A stretch of 64,000 nucleotides of DNA from Felis catus. Taxonomy: Eukaryota. Both the position numbers and the translations under genes were made by a program. This document shows positions 24,433-38,085 of the stretch, piece after piece. Positions within the stretch are counted from its first letter, which is position 1. Each line of letters begins with the position of its first letter. Under the pieces are notes generated by a model. It was not told the DNA's origin and did not search any database. It saw nothing but the letters and a program-made list of their open reading frames with translations. The DNA lies in the NCBI RefSeq assembly GCF_018350175.1, contig NC_058383.1, positions 20,772,001 through 20,836,000 of the forward strand, read 5' to 3'.

Positions 24433-25163
24433 TAGTATAAGACTTTTAGCATTTCCCTGCTGCCTCAAAGGCTCTCTTCCATCATGCTCAGCACTTGGCA
24501 ATTTTTTTAAAGCTGCCTGCGACCCCATCCACCTAGAAGCACCACGCTGACATTTTCCCGTGGAGTCTGACGGCCTCCCTTGCATGTGTCCAGGAGACAT
24601 GTAGCCTCGGTCCCTGTCTGCTGCACCCAGAGATCTCTCCCTCACTGATTCTCCAACTGGGTGCATTGAAGGGAGTGACCTTCCTTCTAGGGTGGTAAGG
24701 AAGGACCCACATCCTCCCCATGATGCAACTCTACGGACCAAATCCCCGCCCCCACGTAAGGCTTCGGCTTTTGAATAAAAGCCAGAAAAAACTAAAAGGG
24801 TTGGGTAGGCAATATCAGTTTTCTTCCTGCCAGATCCCTCCCCTGAAGAAATAAGGACTGAGCTGAGAATCTCCCTGGGTGGGGCTGGAACAGGAGAGAG
24901 AAGGAAAAAGGGAAATGCAGAAAGAAGAAACACAGCTGGATATCCATATAAATATATAACCATGGTATGAAGGTGGATACAGACAGAGACTCAGTGACAG
25001 ACCCAGTAGATAGTAGACATATCTATATGACAAGATAAAATAATGTTAATATACTTGTGTTTCCAAGCTTCCCCTAATCCCTGCAGGCAAAACGCATTTT
25101 TCCTGTTTCTCAAAACTCTCAGGAAGGCCCTGCCTTGCCACTCGGGGGGTTTTAAAATGGAAA

Positions 25164-25280
25164 AGCACCCGGCTGGCTCAGCCGGTAGAGCATACGACTC
25201 CTCCCAACCTCGGGCTCGTGAGTTCAAGCCCCACGCTGGGTAAACAGATTTCTTCAATAATAAATAAATTAAATTAAAAA
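25164..25280 (+). mobile_element. Short, older-type Can-SINE (tRNA-Lys-like head plus A tail)
   Basis: ggctggctcagccggtagagcatacgactct ... gtgagttcaagccccacgctggg + aataataaataaa. Confidence 0.8.
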
Positions 25281-26418
25281 TGAGGGGAAAAGCAAAAGCA
25301 GGGACAGAAGACCAAAGGAAAAAAAAACCCCAAAAACCAAAAACCAAAAAGCAGGAGGAGAGCAAGAACCGAAGAACACCACTATGTAGTTTAGGACGAG
25401 TCGTACTGGAGAAGCTCTTTGGCGTGGGCGCAGTGAGTGGGAGGGAAGGAAGGAAAGAAACTGCTCGCCAGGGAGGATGTGAACTCCAGGGAGACAGGGA
25501 TCCCCCATTATCACCGCATAGGTGCCACCACGGGGTCCCCGGGTCCCCGTCCTGACTTCCTTTAAAAAGCAGATCAGATTTCAAAGGCAGGGTATCCTAG
25601 TGGTTCTCAAGCAGCTGTTCCTCAGGCGACAGAGCGGGAAGAACACGGAGTCCAGACTGTCCCGGGACACTGTTGTAATATTCAACCTCACTGAGCCGAT
25701 CCTTCCCCGGAAAACAGCTGCATCCCAGGGTTGTGTTACACGAATCCACACACCCATCAAACCCGGCACAGAACACCCGACCCATCTCCCTCTGATGTCT
25801 CCCGAAAAGTCAAGAATGCAGATTTTCACGGGTTAGGATAAACGAAGTAAAAAAAAAAAAAAAGAGAGAGAGAAAGAGAAAGAAAAAGAAATCTTCAACA
25901 AAATACAGAACAAATGACAGAGCCTCACTTTTTTAAATCTTAATATAAATTCTAATAAAGTGGTGAGGTACAATAGGCATAGAAACCAATTTCTGCAAAT
26001 ACCCCTGCTGATAAGTTATTTATTCATTTATTCACTCACTCCACTTTGATCAATGACCAGAATTATACCACAGTGGCGAAGGATCTGGGCTCTGGAGCCA
26101 GACAGACACAGCGTTTGAATAAATATCAGCTGTTTCTGTTGATAATAATATAAATACTACCATGCATCAAGCCCTTTGTGAGTGAGGATATTATGAAGAT
26201 ATACACTCTCCTCCCACCTCAGAATTGCTCAAAATCCAAGAAGGAAGCTCCGTTAAGAATGCTTTCCACTGCACGTGACAGCACTTCTCGTGATGCGTGG
26301 CCAAGACCACGAGAACGTCTCATCCCTTATTCAGCAAGGAGTTTGAAAATACGCGGTCCTGGGCTTGGTCTGGCAGCTGCGGGATCTCCGTCAACACGCG
26401 TTACCTCTCCACTCCTTC

Positions 26419-26610
26419 TTTTTTGAAAAATGTATTTATTTATTTTGGGAGACAGCAGGAGCACGAGTGGGGGAGGGGCAGAGAGAGGAGAGAGAGAATC
26501 CCAAGAAGGCTCTGAGCTGTCAGCACAGAGCCCAATGTGCGGCTTGATCTCACGAACCTGAGATGAACCAAGAGTTGGACGCTTAACCGACTGCACCCCC
26601 CAGGTGCCCC
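26419..26610 (-). mobile_element. Can-SINE
   Basis: Canonical on the reverse strand. Confidence 0.92.
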
Positions 26611-26663
26611 TCTGCTCCGCGCCTCCTTAAGTACGTTGACTCCTTCCACAGGATGTAATTTCT

Positions 26664-26889
26664 TTTTTTTTTTTTAATTTTTTTTTCAACGTTTATTTAT
26701 TTTTGGGACAGAGAGAGACAGAGCATGAACGGGGGAGGGTCAGAGAGAGAAGGAGACACAGAATCGGAAACAGGCTCCAGGCTCCGAGCCATCAGCCCAG
26801 AGCCTGACGCGGGGCTCGAACTCACGGACGGCGAGATCGTGACCTGGCTGAAGTCGGACGCTTAACCGACTGCGCCACCCAGGCGCCCC
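26664..26889 (-). mobile_element. Young feline-type Can-SINE
   Basis: gacctggctgaagtcggacgcttaaccgactgcgccaccc; perfect 15-bp TSD caggatgtaatttct (26649, 26892). Confidence 0.97.
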
Positions 26890-27689
26890 TGCAGGATGTA
26901 ATTTCTATGCATGCTGCTATGTGTGACCATAACGAGGCTGCCACCGAAGAGGGAGGGCCAATTTTGCCTTCAAGACAGGAAAAGGAGGAAGGGACAATTT
27001 GAGTGGGGTCTTCTCCTAGGCTTGCCCTTACCACAAAGAAGCAAAGCACCTTTCTAGGAGTCATTCAACATACTTGTCTTTCAACATACATCTCATTGGA
27101 CAGAACTAGGGCGTAGGTCTTCCCCACATAGTTTCAGAGGAGGCTGGTCAAGTCCACTTCGAGTTTCTTGGCTTCTACAGAGGGTAGGTGACAGAATGTG
27201 TTGGGTGAGCCAACTACCAGTGTCTCCCCGAGAAACTTCCAGCATACGGCGGCAGCTGAGACAGAGGGGGGCACACTTACACTGCGACAGAGGAGGGATG
27301 CCCTAGTCTACTTTGGGATTTCCAGAAAGATCACAGGGAAGGCAACACCGGAGCCCTCTGTGAAAGAAATGAACGGTTGTGTCACTGGGAGGCGGAAGGA
27401 CGGGACCCTCCGCTCACTGAGAACGGCAAATTGCAAAGACAGGGAGGTGGGAAGAAGGTCGTTAAGTCAGAAGGGCGAGCCGGGAGAAGGTCGAGGAAGA
27501 AAGTGCGGGACAGAGAGGAGTCGAGCAGTCAAACAGGTCGGGGACCCCACTCGGTCTTGCTGAACAGTCCTTTTCAATACAAGAGACTGCCTTCAGAGAA
27601 TCTGGGAGGATTTGGGAAGACAGACGAACACGGGGCCAAAGCACGTCGACAAAGAGCCTGGTCAACCCGCCCCCGTCAGGAACTTCCTA

Positions 27690-27965
27690 ACACTGTTCTC
27701 TTTTGTTTGCATTATACGTGTGCTTACAGTTACCTTCTACTGATGGCAAAGGACACCGTGCGTTTGAATGGCACTGCGCAGTCTTACTTTGATTTATGCA
27801 AATCTTCCCAAGTTGGGAGGTAATTTGCAGAAAAAGCTGGGGTCAGCAACGTCACAGGTGGGGCACCGCACGACAGAGCTGACCGAGACCATCCTCGGTG
27901 ACGTCCTTACGTCGTACAACCACGAGGGTGGCGTGCGAGGGGGGAACGTTGGGGAAATCTCGGTT
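27690..27965 (+). mobile_element. hAT-Charlie-type fossil, 3' part
   Basis: cagttaccttctactgatggcaaagg ... acgttggggaaatct resembles a recalled Charlie 3' end. Confidence 0.35.
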
Positions 27966-29227
27966 CGCTACACAGGGAGTCAGTCCTCTCCAGAGAGGGG
28001 CGATCCCATCTGTTTTACAGAGACTTGCGCGTGAAGTACAGGAGTTGACACGCACAAGGAGCTTAGAATCGTGCCTGGCCCATAAGTGAATATTCAGTAT
28101 CCGAGTGCAATCAGCATTATCAGCTTGGAGGCACGGTGAGTTCAAGGCTAGGCGACTGAATTCAGGAGGTGGGTCAAGAGATTGTTAGTGTGATATAAGC
28201 TCAGCAGAATCTAGGGGCAGCAGAAAAGACGAGAAACGTCTGGGGACACTGAGAAAGAAGGATCTGCGGGTCCTCGTGCCGCAGAGGCCCGGGCGAACGC
28301 CTCCCCTCCCTCCGCCGAGGCTTGAAGCTGTCTGAGCCCCAGGCTCACCGTGACAGAATGCCAGCTCTTCCCTGCACAGACTTACTCAGAGGGACGCTGT
28401 GCACACACAGATAACACTCCCCAAGCACATTCGGTCCCAAACGAGGTGCCTTGTCATTTTCAGAATACCCACTTGTCACACACAGCGAGAGTTCTCATCT
28501 GCTAAAATGAGAAAGGGGGAGGAGGAAAAAAAAAAAAAAAAGGAAAGAACTTGAACATAAACTTTAAAAAAAAAAAAAAGAGACCCCAAACCTTGGTCTG
28601 AGGAACGTATCAGCCACAGAGCCCCTTGAGCGAGCCAGCCTTTCCAGGAATAGACTCCGGCAGCTCACCCAGGCAGGAGGGAACAGGAGGGAAGAAACCT
28701 AACTCGGTGGGTGCCCCCCCCACACCCCACCACGGTCCTGCAAAGAGGCCAGAGCCCACGGGAATTAGGTAGCTGGCCAGAGGCCGCCCAGCTAGGCTTT
28801 GAACCAGCCCACATTCTGGCCAGAGGCACCTGCGAGCCGAGATTTAGTGCCACTAAAGATCGGATAAAGGAGGTCTCGAAGGCAGAGCGGAACCCCACCG
28901 TACTGCCTTTGACTTCGTCATGTTGACTCACCCAAAACACATCGCTTCATCTCTAAGGGTCAAAACATCGTTAGCATCTTCCTAATGGAGCGTGTGGTAC
29001 ACCAGACAAGCAGCAGGGTCCAGGAGTCCGATTACGTGTTTCGATCCTACAAGAATCTCTAACAAGAGTCTGAAATGCTGCCGGTCAGGAGCGGGGCGCC
29101 GAGGGGCGTGAGGTCCACAGCCGAGCCCAACACCCCACAGCCCCTAAGACAAATCACTCACCGGGGCTGTTGAGTGTTAGTTGCACCCCCTCCCTTCCCT
29201 CGGGTCCTTCGGTCTCCTTGGTCCCTG

Positions 29228-29888
29228 CCAGGGACTGCACTGGATGTTTGTGTCCCCCCAGATTCACGTTATTTGAAGCCCCGTTGCCAGTGCGATGGCA
29301 TTTGGGGGGGGTGGGGGGGTGGGACCTTTGGGAGGTGATTAGTTCAGGAGGGTGGAGCCTCCACCAATGAGATGAGCACCCTTATAAGAAGACACACTGG
29401 GGGCGCCTGGGTGGCTCAGTCGGTTAAGCGTCCGACTTCGGCTCAGGTCACGATCTCACGGCTCATGGGTTCGAGCCCCACATCGGGCTCTGTGCTGACA
29501 GCTCAGAGCCTGGAGCCTGCTTCCGATTCTGTGTCTCCCTCTCTCTCTCTCTGCCCGTACCCCACTCACGCTCTGTCTCTCTCTTTCTCTCTCTCTCAAA
29601 AATAAGCATTAAAAAAAATTTAAGAAGACACACTAGAGAGATGCTCGCTCTCTCTCTCTCTCTCTCTCTGCCTCATCAGCCCTCTCTCTCTCTCTCTCTG
29701 CCTCGTCAGCACACAGCAAGAAGTGAGCCATGTGCAAACCAGGAAGAGAACTCTCACCAGACACCCAATCTGCCTGCACCTTGACCTTGGCCTCCTCCCC
29801 CCACCTCCAGAGCTGTGAGAAATACATGTCTGTGTCTGCGAAGTGACAAACAGTATTCTGTTGTAACTGCCTGAGCTGACGAGCACAG
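29228..29888 (+). mobile_element. MaLR LTR (MLT1A-like) with inserted SINE
   Basis: tgtttgtgtcccccagattca ... cctttgggaggtgattag ... cccttataaga ... aatctgcctgcaccttgacctt ... ctccagagctgtgagaaata. Confidence 0.85.
29399..29620 (+). mobile_element. Can-SINE
   Basis: Perfect 14-bp TSD taagaagacacact (29385, 29621). Confidence 0.97.
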
Positions 29889-30810
29889 CCACTGTCTCTG
29901 CTCTGATATTCATCCCTCCCCGGTCCACCGCCTGGTCCTGTCTCTTGTCCTTTGACCGTCCCGCTCTCCACCCACCGTCGACACAATTTATCAGGGATCT
30001 TTCTAAAGCGCGGCTCCGATCATGTCACTGCCCGTGATTGAAACTCTCAATCATTCGCCGCCGCCCTCACATGCCATCCCCAGACCTGCACTGTCTGATC
30101 CTTGTCTACCGGCCAAGCTTAATATCCGGCCTTAGCCCATTTATCCTTCCTTCTGGCCACATATCCACGCACATCACGCTACTTTCTCAGGCCCTGGTGC
30201 CTGCCTTGGTACAACTCGTTTCCACCGCCCGGAACACACACGTGCCCCGCCCCACCCCTGTGTGCTTCCCCTCAGCTGTGGTCTCAGGCACTTTCTAGAG
30301 GGATCCTCACCAGCATATTCTCCCGTCACTGCCCTGATCCCACTTCCCCCCATTACTGATCTTCTTTTCTGGCTCCCACGCGAGACAGAGTCCAGGAGAC
30401 CTGTTTGCTCATTTCTACATCCCTATTATCCCATAAGCCGGTATGCAGCAGGTACAAAATTGATGCTCGCCGAATCAACGCGTGACCATGAGACTCGATG
30501 GATCCCGTACTGGAGTGAAATGCGGACGGTATGGGAGGAGCAGCCCTTCCAACTTTCCTTCTGTAGGTAAAACAGAGGCCTCCGATCTGCAGAATTATCA
30601 CAACTTCACAAAAAATGGAAAGGACTCCAGGAATATTTCCCTCCTGGAAACTGCCCGTTCTGCTCTTAGAGCTGCTTTGGGTTTACCATGCGTCCTCCAA
30701 CATCGATGATTTATTGACTTCTTTGTCTAGAGCGGAGGACAACTTCGTTTGCATACCGGATTGCTTTATTTCAGCCGAAATCAGGCTTAAAATAAGAAAT
30801 CACGCCTGCT

Positions 30811-31032
30811 GGGGGCGTCTGGGTGGCTCGGCTGGTCAAGCATCCGACTTCTGCTCAGGTCACGATCTCACAGTTTGTGGGTTCGAGCCCCGCGTCGAGT
30901 GCTGCGCTGACAGCCCAGAGCCTGGAGCCTGTTCTTGATTCTATGCCTCCCTCTCCCTCTGCCCCACCCCCCTGTTGGCTCTCTGTCTCTCTGTCTCTCT
31001 CTCTCTCTCTCAAAAGTAAACATTAAAAAAAA
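30811..31032 (+). mobile_element. Can-SINE
   Basis: TSD aatcac(g/t)cctgct. Confidence 0.95.
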
Positions 31033-31499
31033 GGCAATCACTCCTGCTAAGCTAGGAGTGACCCGCATTCACAGAACAGAGCCTTCGAACATCTATCTGA
31101 TGAAGTCCAGAGCGCTCCAAGGGAAGCAACTAGAACGGCAAAGAAACCATGACCAGAAACAAAACGGAACGAGCTGACGTTACCCACTTGAGGGAGGCGC
31201 GGCCATGCCCTTCAGAAGGGCCATGTGGAACGTATCTGGGCTCACTGGACAGCTTCAGAAGACAGAACAAGGACCACATGTGCGGACATTGCCCTGGCTT
31301 AAAACCCGGAAGCAATACCTTGTCACTGAAGCCCTTCCCTCGCACTGCTCTGGCCAATGACAGCAAGGGAAGGCAAGGTGGCGGAAGGAACCCCGGATGT
31401 CACTGAATGTGTCCAAGCAGAGCTGAGCGTCCACACTTCAAGAATGCCACCGAGAGGCGTACATGACTTCTATCGCCTTTGCCAATCCAACACCCATCA

Positions 31500-32452
31500 C
31501 CTCAATGGTTCAATGTACCCACAATTTTGATTTAAGGACTTACTCTTTCATCCTGGGTGGAGACAGGGGAGCTGACCCCCATCTCCAGGCTCTAGAAGTG
31601 GGTGTGTGACCACGGCAGAGCCATTCAAAATACCCCATCACCACGGCCACTGGGATTGGTCCATGACCCTGCATGTGACTCAAGGGTGACCAATGAGATC
31701 CCTCCCTGGGATTCTGTTCTGGAGGGGTTGCTGATCAAGAAGGACGTCCACCTTGACCCAAGAACCATCCACATCTGCCACCACATTCCCCGTGAAGCCT
31801 GAAGGAGCGAGCTTTTAAAGAGGCAAATGAGATCATACTGTCCCCCGATTTAAAAATCACCGATGGCTTCTCATGACACTTAGAACCTAAACTGATCATG
31901 GCCACAATCCCTGTACTGTCTGTATCTCTCACCTGCTCTCCCATGACTATGAGCTCAAAGCCTTCATGGTCTTACTCACCGCCATATTCCCAAGTGCCTA
32001 AAACGTACAATAAGCCCCTAAGATGGGTCTGATGGATGAATTAACAAATGGACACATCGATCAACTGAAAACAGGCCCTAAACTTTGAAAAATAGGGACC
32101 TGGGTGGCTCGGTCGGTTAAGCGTCCGACTCTTGGTTTCAGTTCAGGTCACGGTCTCGCGGGTCAGGAGTTCGAGTCCCACATCGGGCTCTGCACGAGCA
32201 GAGTCCTCTCTCTCTGCCCTTCCCCCACTCGCACTGCCTCTGTCTCTCTCTAAATAAAGTAAATAAACTTTTAGCTAACTAATTAACTGAAAGAGGGACA
32301 GGACTTCCAGTGCCATCGTTTGAGCATATGGACCCACCTGAGGCTGTCTCCTCCTGGACTTTTCAGTTAACCAGGCAAATAAATTCCCCATTTAGCTTAA
32401 GCTGGCTTGAACTGGGTTTCTGTCACCTGTGACAAAAGATCCCTGACTTGCA
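31500..32452 (+). mobile_element. Old MaLR LTR (MLT1K-like) interrupted by L2 and a SINE
   Basis: ggccactgggattggtc ... ctggacttttcagtt ... aataaattcccc ... gcttaagctggcttgaactgggtttctgtcacctg. Confidence 0.6.
32095..32285 (+). mobile_element. Can-SINE
   Basis: gggacctgggtggctcggtcggttaagcgtccgactc. Confidence 0.92.
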
Positions 32453-33174
32453 CCAAGGGGGTTCATACGGCCAGTGGTGGAACCTGACCACGTGATTGCT
32501 CTCCTCCTCCGTTTCAACTCTCCACCAAACAGACGGGGAAGCTTTGGTCACAGTGGTGAAGGCCTCCTTCGTGTATCACTCGCCGTTTAACATGGCCCAT
32601 TATCTGACAAGTATGTGACAAATAAGATAAGGTACAATGAGACACAGAGGGGCCTGTGTCCAGAAAGGTGGGGTCGGACGTTTATCAGATGTGACTGAAT
32701 TGGCCTGTATTCACCCTGTGCCTGGAGGTGTGTGTGGTGGGGGGGGGGGGGGTGCAGGGGGTGAAGGGGAGGGACACCTCACCTTTACAGAAACCACTGG
32801 ACCCCATCTCCTGCCTGCCCTTAAAACAGAGAGGTCTGATCTCTTGGATCAGTTCTGACCCAAAAGAGAAGCAGTCAGTTCTAGGCTCGCAGCATCAGGC
32901 CCTACTTGCCAATAGGCTGGCCTGAACCTTGTTCCTTGGTTTGGGTCTCGGGATTTTTCCCGGCTGGTTCCCTAGGCCTGAGTCTCTGGACCTTCTCAGT
33001 GATGATAAAAGTAGTAAACGCTTGCCTTTAGTTGGTGTTTTATCATATGCCGTGCTCTGCTCTGAGTCCTTTTCATGTTTCTTAGGTTATTTCATTTTCA
33101 CGATGATCTAACAAGATAGGTACCGTTAGCAGCCCCATTTCACAGGTAAGGAAGCCGAGGCAGAGAGTCTGTCC

Positions 33175-33321
33175 ATTTATTCATTTGTTTGTTTGTTTAA
33201 GTAGGCGTCACGCCCAGCGCAGAGCCCAGTGCAGGGCCTTGAACTCACAACCCTGGGATCAAGACCTGAGCTGAGATCAAGAGTCAGCTGCTTCACCAAC
33301 TGAGCCACCCAGGCTGCCCCC
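33175..33321 (-). mobile_element. Short-type Can-SINE within a MIR (MIR ~33010-33430)
   Basis: gatcaagacctgagctgagatcaagagtcag ... ctgagccacccaggctgcccc; flanks read ccccatttcacaggtaaggaagccgagg / aaatgacttgcccaacgtc. Confidence 0.9.
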
Positions 33322-33464
33322 AGGCACGGAGAGTTTAAATGACTTGCCCAACGTCGCTAAGCCGGAACGTGGTGGAATGGGGATGTGAAGCCAAGGTGCC
33401 CGGCCCCAGAGCCTGTGCCATTAAACATTCACCCTCTAACAACTTAGTTAAGACTGTAAACATC

Positions 33465-33915
33465 TGTGGTTGATGGGATTTCCCAAAGAGGGATACAACA
33501 TTATCTCCCATCCCACACTTACAATCCCGTTCTGACATCCCTCCCATTGAGGAGTGGCTCATATGTTCTAGGTTCCTTGAACCTAGTCTCCATACCTAGC
33601 ACCGTGCCCAAACTAGCCCACATGGACGGATCTCATGGAGATACCACATGCACGCAGGTGTTCCGTCTGACACGCCAGCTGAGGTACCAACTGTACCCAG
33701 CGTCACCCTCAGATGGGCGAGTGGGGATGCTTCCAGCTGTTTCCTGCTTGGGGTCCCTGAGTCACCCCCAGCCTTTTGAGTCTTTCCAAATGAAGCTCTA
33801 AGACCTCGGGGAGCACAGACAAGTCCTCCCAAGTTCCTTGACCCGCAGAATGCATGAGCTTCATGAAATGGCTGTGGTATGCCCCTAGGCTTTGTAGTGG
33901 TTTATTACACAGTAA
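33465..33915 (+). mobile_element. MaLR LTR (MLT1G/H-like)
   Basis: tctcccatcccacac ... cctcccattgaggagtgg ... ccttgacccgcagaat ... tttgtagtggtttattacacagtaa. Confidence 0.65.
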
Positions 33916-34788
33916 GGGGACATCACCCCCGTCTACAACCTCGTAGACAGGCGGTCTACAGAGCTCTGCCTCTGAACAGCATCCGGTTCAGTCCCTAATA
34001 CCCAATGACAGGTTCATCATACTCTGCTAGCCTGATGTGTCACCTCATCATCTCTTGGTGGACCTCCTGAGTGCCAACAGCCAGCTTCAATTCCCACTTC
34101 TTGTCTGTAGCCAGATCGTCACGACACCAAAATGTCACCAGCTAGACTGCACCTGCTCTCACCTCTTGAAGCTGTTTCTGACCCCTCGAGGTGACTGACA
34201 GATCTCAGTTTTCTGTCTCATTCATTCCTCTCCCATCCAGCCCCATCCATGTTCAGGTGACTCAGTCACGGTTCAGAAATGGAGCTAATCCGGCTTCTTT
34301 ATCTGCGAGATGGAAAAAAAAATAGAGACCCCGCAAAATGAAACAAAATTGGAGCGACTGGCATCTCTTGAATCCCTGATGGACGTTACTGGATTTAACC
34401 CTCATACGTTACCCTGTGTAATATTAACTGACTCCGTTTTATAGGGAGAATAAGAGAGTAAGTCATTTTTGGTCACACAGTCGTATTACGCTGCCTCGGT
34501 GTCCCTCTGCAAGGTCAGATTTCGGAAGGTTGTAGACTAGCTATATCATGGATTCCAAGACGGAAACACCACTGGGCTCTTCTCTGGGCAGAGATCTACC
34601 TGATTTCCCCCTCCTACAACAGCCTTGGTCCAGATCTCCTCTGCCTTGAAAACACACCTCCCATCATCGACACATCTAGGAAACAAAGATGGCCCTTCCT
34701 GGTGAGCTGGCGCAGTGGGTGTGGCTAAGAAGATCTACGGTGGGCAGGTCCTCCAGATGCGTCACATTCCAAAATGTAATACTTTAAA

Positions 34789-35009
34789 AAAATTTTTTTT
34801 TTTGTTCAACGTTTATTTATTTTTGGGACAGAGAGAGACAGAGCATGAACGGGGGAGGGGCAGAGAGAGAGGGAGACACAGAATCGGAAACAGGCTCCAG
34901 GCTCTGAGCCATCAGCCCGGAGCCTGACGCGGGGCTCGAACTCACGGACCACGAGATTGTGACCTGGCTGAAGTCGGACGCTTAACCGACTGCGCCACCC
35001 AGGCGCCCC
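34789..35009 (-). mobile_element. Young feline-type Can-SINE
   Basis: TSD aatgtaatactttaaa (34773, 35013). Confidence 0.97.
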
Positions 35010-35109
35010 TGGAATGTAATACTTTAAATCTGCGTTCTTATCCTAGGGTAGGAGACAATACCAAATCCATCTCTGATGAGCGGACAGTGCCTTTTCTGGA
35101 ACGGAAATA

Positions 35110-35325
35110 TAGAACGGTGGTTACAAGAACAGCCTTTGGAGTGAAACAAACGGAGAACACAGGCCCTGAGGCAAGCTGCAAAATCTCCAGTCTCCTTTAT
35201 GAGCAAAGCAGTGATAACAGGGCTCATGTCCTGGGGTTTTGTGAGGACCAAACGAGATAAACGTGCACACAAACTAGAACATAATAAAAGCCCCCTCCAA
35301 AAAAAGGACTATTATTATTGTTATC
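35110..35325 (+). mobile_element. MIR
   Basis: ggtggttacaagaacagcctttggagt ... gggttttgtgaggaccaaacgagataa. Confidence 0.6.
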
Positions 35326-36214
35326 ATAATAGTGATAATGGAGTGGATAGCGGAAATGGAATGGATCCTTATCAAACGGGAAGGAAGCAGAATTTCACTA
35401 TATTCTAGAAAAGCCACCACATGGTCTCCAACTACAGCACAAACAATCTCTAAAATTGCACAGAGAGGCAAGAATGCCACCTCCCAGATCCCCAAGTGTT
35501 TCATTCACACGATCCGAGCCCTTTACTGCACCCAAGTTGCTAAGAAGCATCTTGATGCTAATCATTCCTGGCCATCTCAAGATGCTTATTCACCCTGCTC
35601 GGGGTTTCAGTCTTCTCTGGGAAGTCTGCAAGACCCAGCTTCTGACCCAGAGGCTGGAGGTGGAAGGCCCGAACTTCTTAGCCCCCGGTCTTAAAAAAGA
35701 AAAAGAAAAAAAAAAAAAAAGGTTAACCAAATGATGGTATCAGAGTCCCATCCTTCTAGCAAACAGGAGAGTCCATAAACGCGCGAGAGAAAAGATTCAA
35801 TTGTAATCCGACTAATGCATCTCCAGAAGGGTTGCTATCTGCCGCTGAGCACTCCCCATTAAAGAAATCAATTTAGCATTCGACTTCTCCTCCTGTGGCG
35901 CATATTGAAGTGGGATCTGACAAGGATGGAAAACAGATTTGTGTTAAATACTGCCAATAAAGCCTGTAGCTCAAGGTTACAGCAGTCAACAGAAATCCAG
36001 TGCCTCGGAAACCCTGAGACCCTCATCCATCAGCTGGAGTCAGCAGCTTTAAAAGGAAGCCGGAGGTCTGGCTCAGGAAGGGGGAGGGCAGTTATGGAGA
36101 CCGGGTATCTGGGGCCACGGTAGCCTGAGATGCTGCTTTTGCTCGAGGTCCTTAAAACGGGCCTGAGTTTCCAGGCCTCCGAGCATCTTGGCGGCTTTTC
36201 TTGGCTGCGGTGGC

Positions 36215-36775
36215 TGTCTCTGGTTTTTGCCTGCCCACTCTTCTTTTTCGATCGGCAGTACCCACTTTATCTCGGGGAACAGTTCCTCGTCTACGTCTAA
36301 GTCCAGGAGACTTGGGGGAGATGCAGCCCACCGCTCGCTCTAAGGGGAGGTAGGCAAGTGAGTTCAGCCTGCCCAGCCAGAACTCAGCAGAACCCTGACC
36401 TCAGCTTCCGGGATGTTCACAGCACCCAGGAAAGATGAGTCAGAGCCGATGCGACTCAATCTTGGAATTTCCTGCAACTGTCTGTTAAAAATAGTCATGT
36501 TTCTACCGGGGTGGTTGGGAAGACAGGATTAAGGCCTGAAGCGTCTGGAAGCCATCTTATCATAACAAGAACGGAATCAGCCCAGAGAAAAGGGATTAAG
36601 AGATGGACAGAGATCATCCAAACTCTGATTCGATTATTTGAGCTCCTAGAATTAGATTATCTGAAGAACCATCACCTGCACTTTTCGGATCCAAGACCCA
36701 TTAAGTTCCATTTTTCTTGGTTTTAAACCAATTTGAGTTGGGTTTTTGTCCTTTCAACCAAGACAAGACCCAACA
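36215..36775 (+). mobile_element. Old MaLR LTR (MLT1K-like)
   Basis: gaagccatctt ... attatttgagctcctag ... ttaaaccaatttgagttgggtttttgtc. Confidence 0.6.
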
Positions 36776-36916
36776 GTTCCGAGATAGCTGTATAACCCGG
36801 ATGAGGCAGGCTTGTTTGGACAGCACCAGCTCTCTGTGGGGCCTAAGTCAAGGCCACCCTCAGCAATGAATCACATCTACCAATCGGATCCAACTTTCCA
36901 ATGTATTAACAACACA

Positions 36917-37590
36917 CAGGCACACCTCGGAGATGCTGCGGGTTCCATTCCAGACCACCGAAATAAAGCAAATATTGCGATAAAAGAGTCTAATGAATTT
37001 GTGGGTTTCCCAGGGCACGTGAAAGTTATGCCTATGCTATACTATAGATTAGGCGTGCAATGGCAATATATCTTAAAAAACCCAACATACCTAACTTAAT
37101 TAAAAATATTTTATTGCCAGGGCGCCTGGGTGGCTCCATCGGTTGAGCATCCGACTACAGCTCCGGTCATGATCTCACAGTCCGTGAGTTCGAGCCCCGC
37201 GTCGGGCTCCCTGCTGACAGCTCGGAGCCTGGAGCCTGCTTCGGAGTCTGTGTCTCCCTCTCTCTCCGTGCCCCTCTCCTGCTCCTGCTCCGTCTCTCTC
37301 ACTCTTTCAAAAATAAACATTACAAATTATTTTATTGCTAAAAATGCTACCCATCGTGTGAGCTGTCGGCAAATCATAACCCCCGATCACAACGAATATG
37401 ATCATAAAGAAGTCTGAAACTTTGAGACAATTACCAAAACGTTCCGCAGAGACACGAAGCAAACAAACGCTATTGGAGAAATGGCGTCCACAGACTTTCT
37501 GGACGAGGGGTTGCCACAAAACTTCAGTGTGTAAAACACAGGATCTGGGAAGCGCAATGAAACAAGGAGTCGTAGACCAAGGTATGCCCT
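36917..37590 (-). mobile_element. Internally deleted Tigger1-type element (both ends present) with inserted SINE
   Basis: caggcacacctcggagatgctgcgggttccattccagaccacc at left; ggttgccacaaaacttca ... aaggtatgcc at right; both match the Tigger1 termini. Confidence 0.88.
37119..37323 (+). mobile_element. Can-SINE
   Basis: TSD tattttattgc. Confidence 0.95.
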
Positions 37591-37699
37591 TATGGGCATA
37601 TTATTGAAGATTTCACACGATTTCTGGGATCCCCGAGCAAAGGAGCAGGTGCGGATGACGGTCCACATACCCACTCGGGACCCCTCACCACCTCTGGGC

Positions 37700-38085
37700 C
37701 TTGTGTTCTGACTTTCAGCCTCACGGCCGCCATCTTTATGGGAAGGCGGCCCCAGGATTCAGAATCCTGCTCTGCCTGTGCCCACGACAAGCCAGTGGTG
37801 CCTGGAAACTAACATGTCCCTGGGGGTAGCCTTTCACCATTGGCAAGGATGATTCGAAGGGGTTTCCTTTATCCCACTTCCCAGAGGTTCCCCCCCCCCC
37901 CGCCCGACACACACTCACGATTAAGTGTTAGGCACCCACCGCGATAGCTGGCTTAGTAATGAGCCCCCAACCACCTGTGCCCCTCCTTCCCTGCACCCCC
38001 TCCTCGCTCTCTTGTGGTGTCCCTGCACCTTCTAAGTAAACTACATATATTCAGTCATTGTCTGGGTCACCTGATTTCCCATAAG
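37700..38085 (+). mobile_element. ERVL LTR (LTR16-like)
   Basis: gcctggaaactaacatgtccctgggggtagcctttcaccatt ... taagtaaactac. Confidence 0.5.

Noticed and set aside
24232..24963. 243-aa ORF on the minus strand (longest in the track)
   Set aside because: Its C-terminus (GAWVAQS...) is a translated Can-SINE and the rest has no family signal.
25164..25240. Possible tRNA-Lys gene
   Set aside because: The stems are degenerate and an A-rich tail follows, so it is a tRNA-derived SINE.
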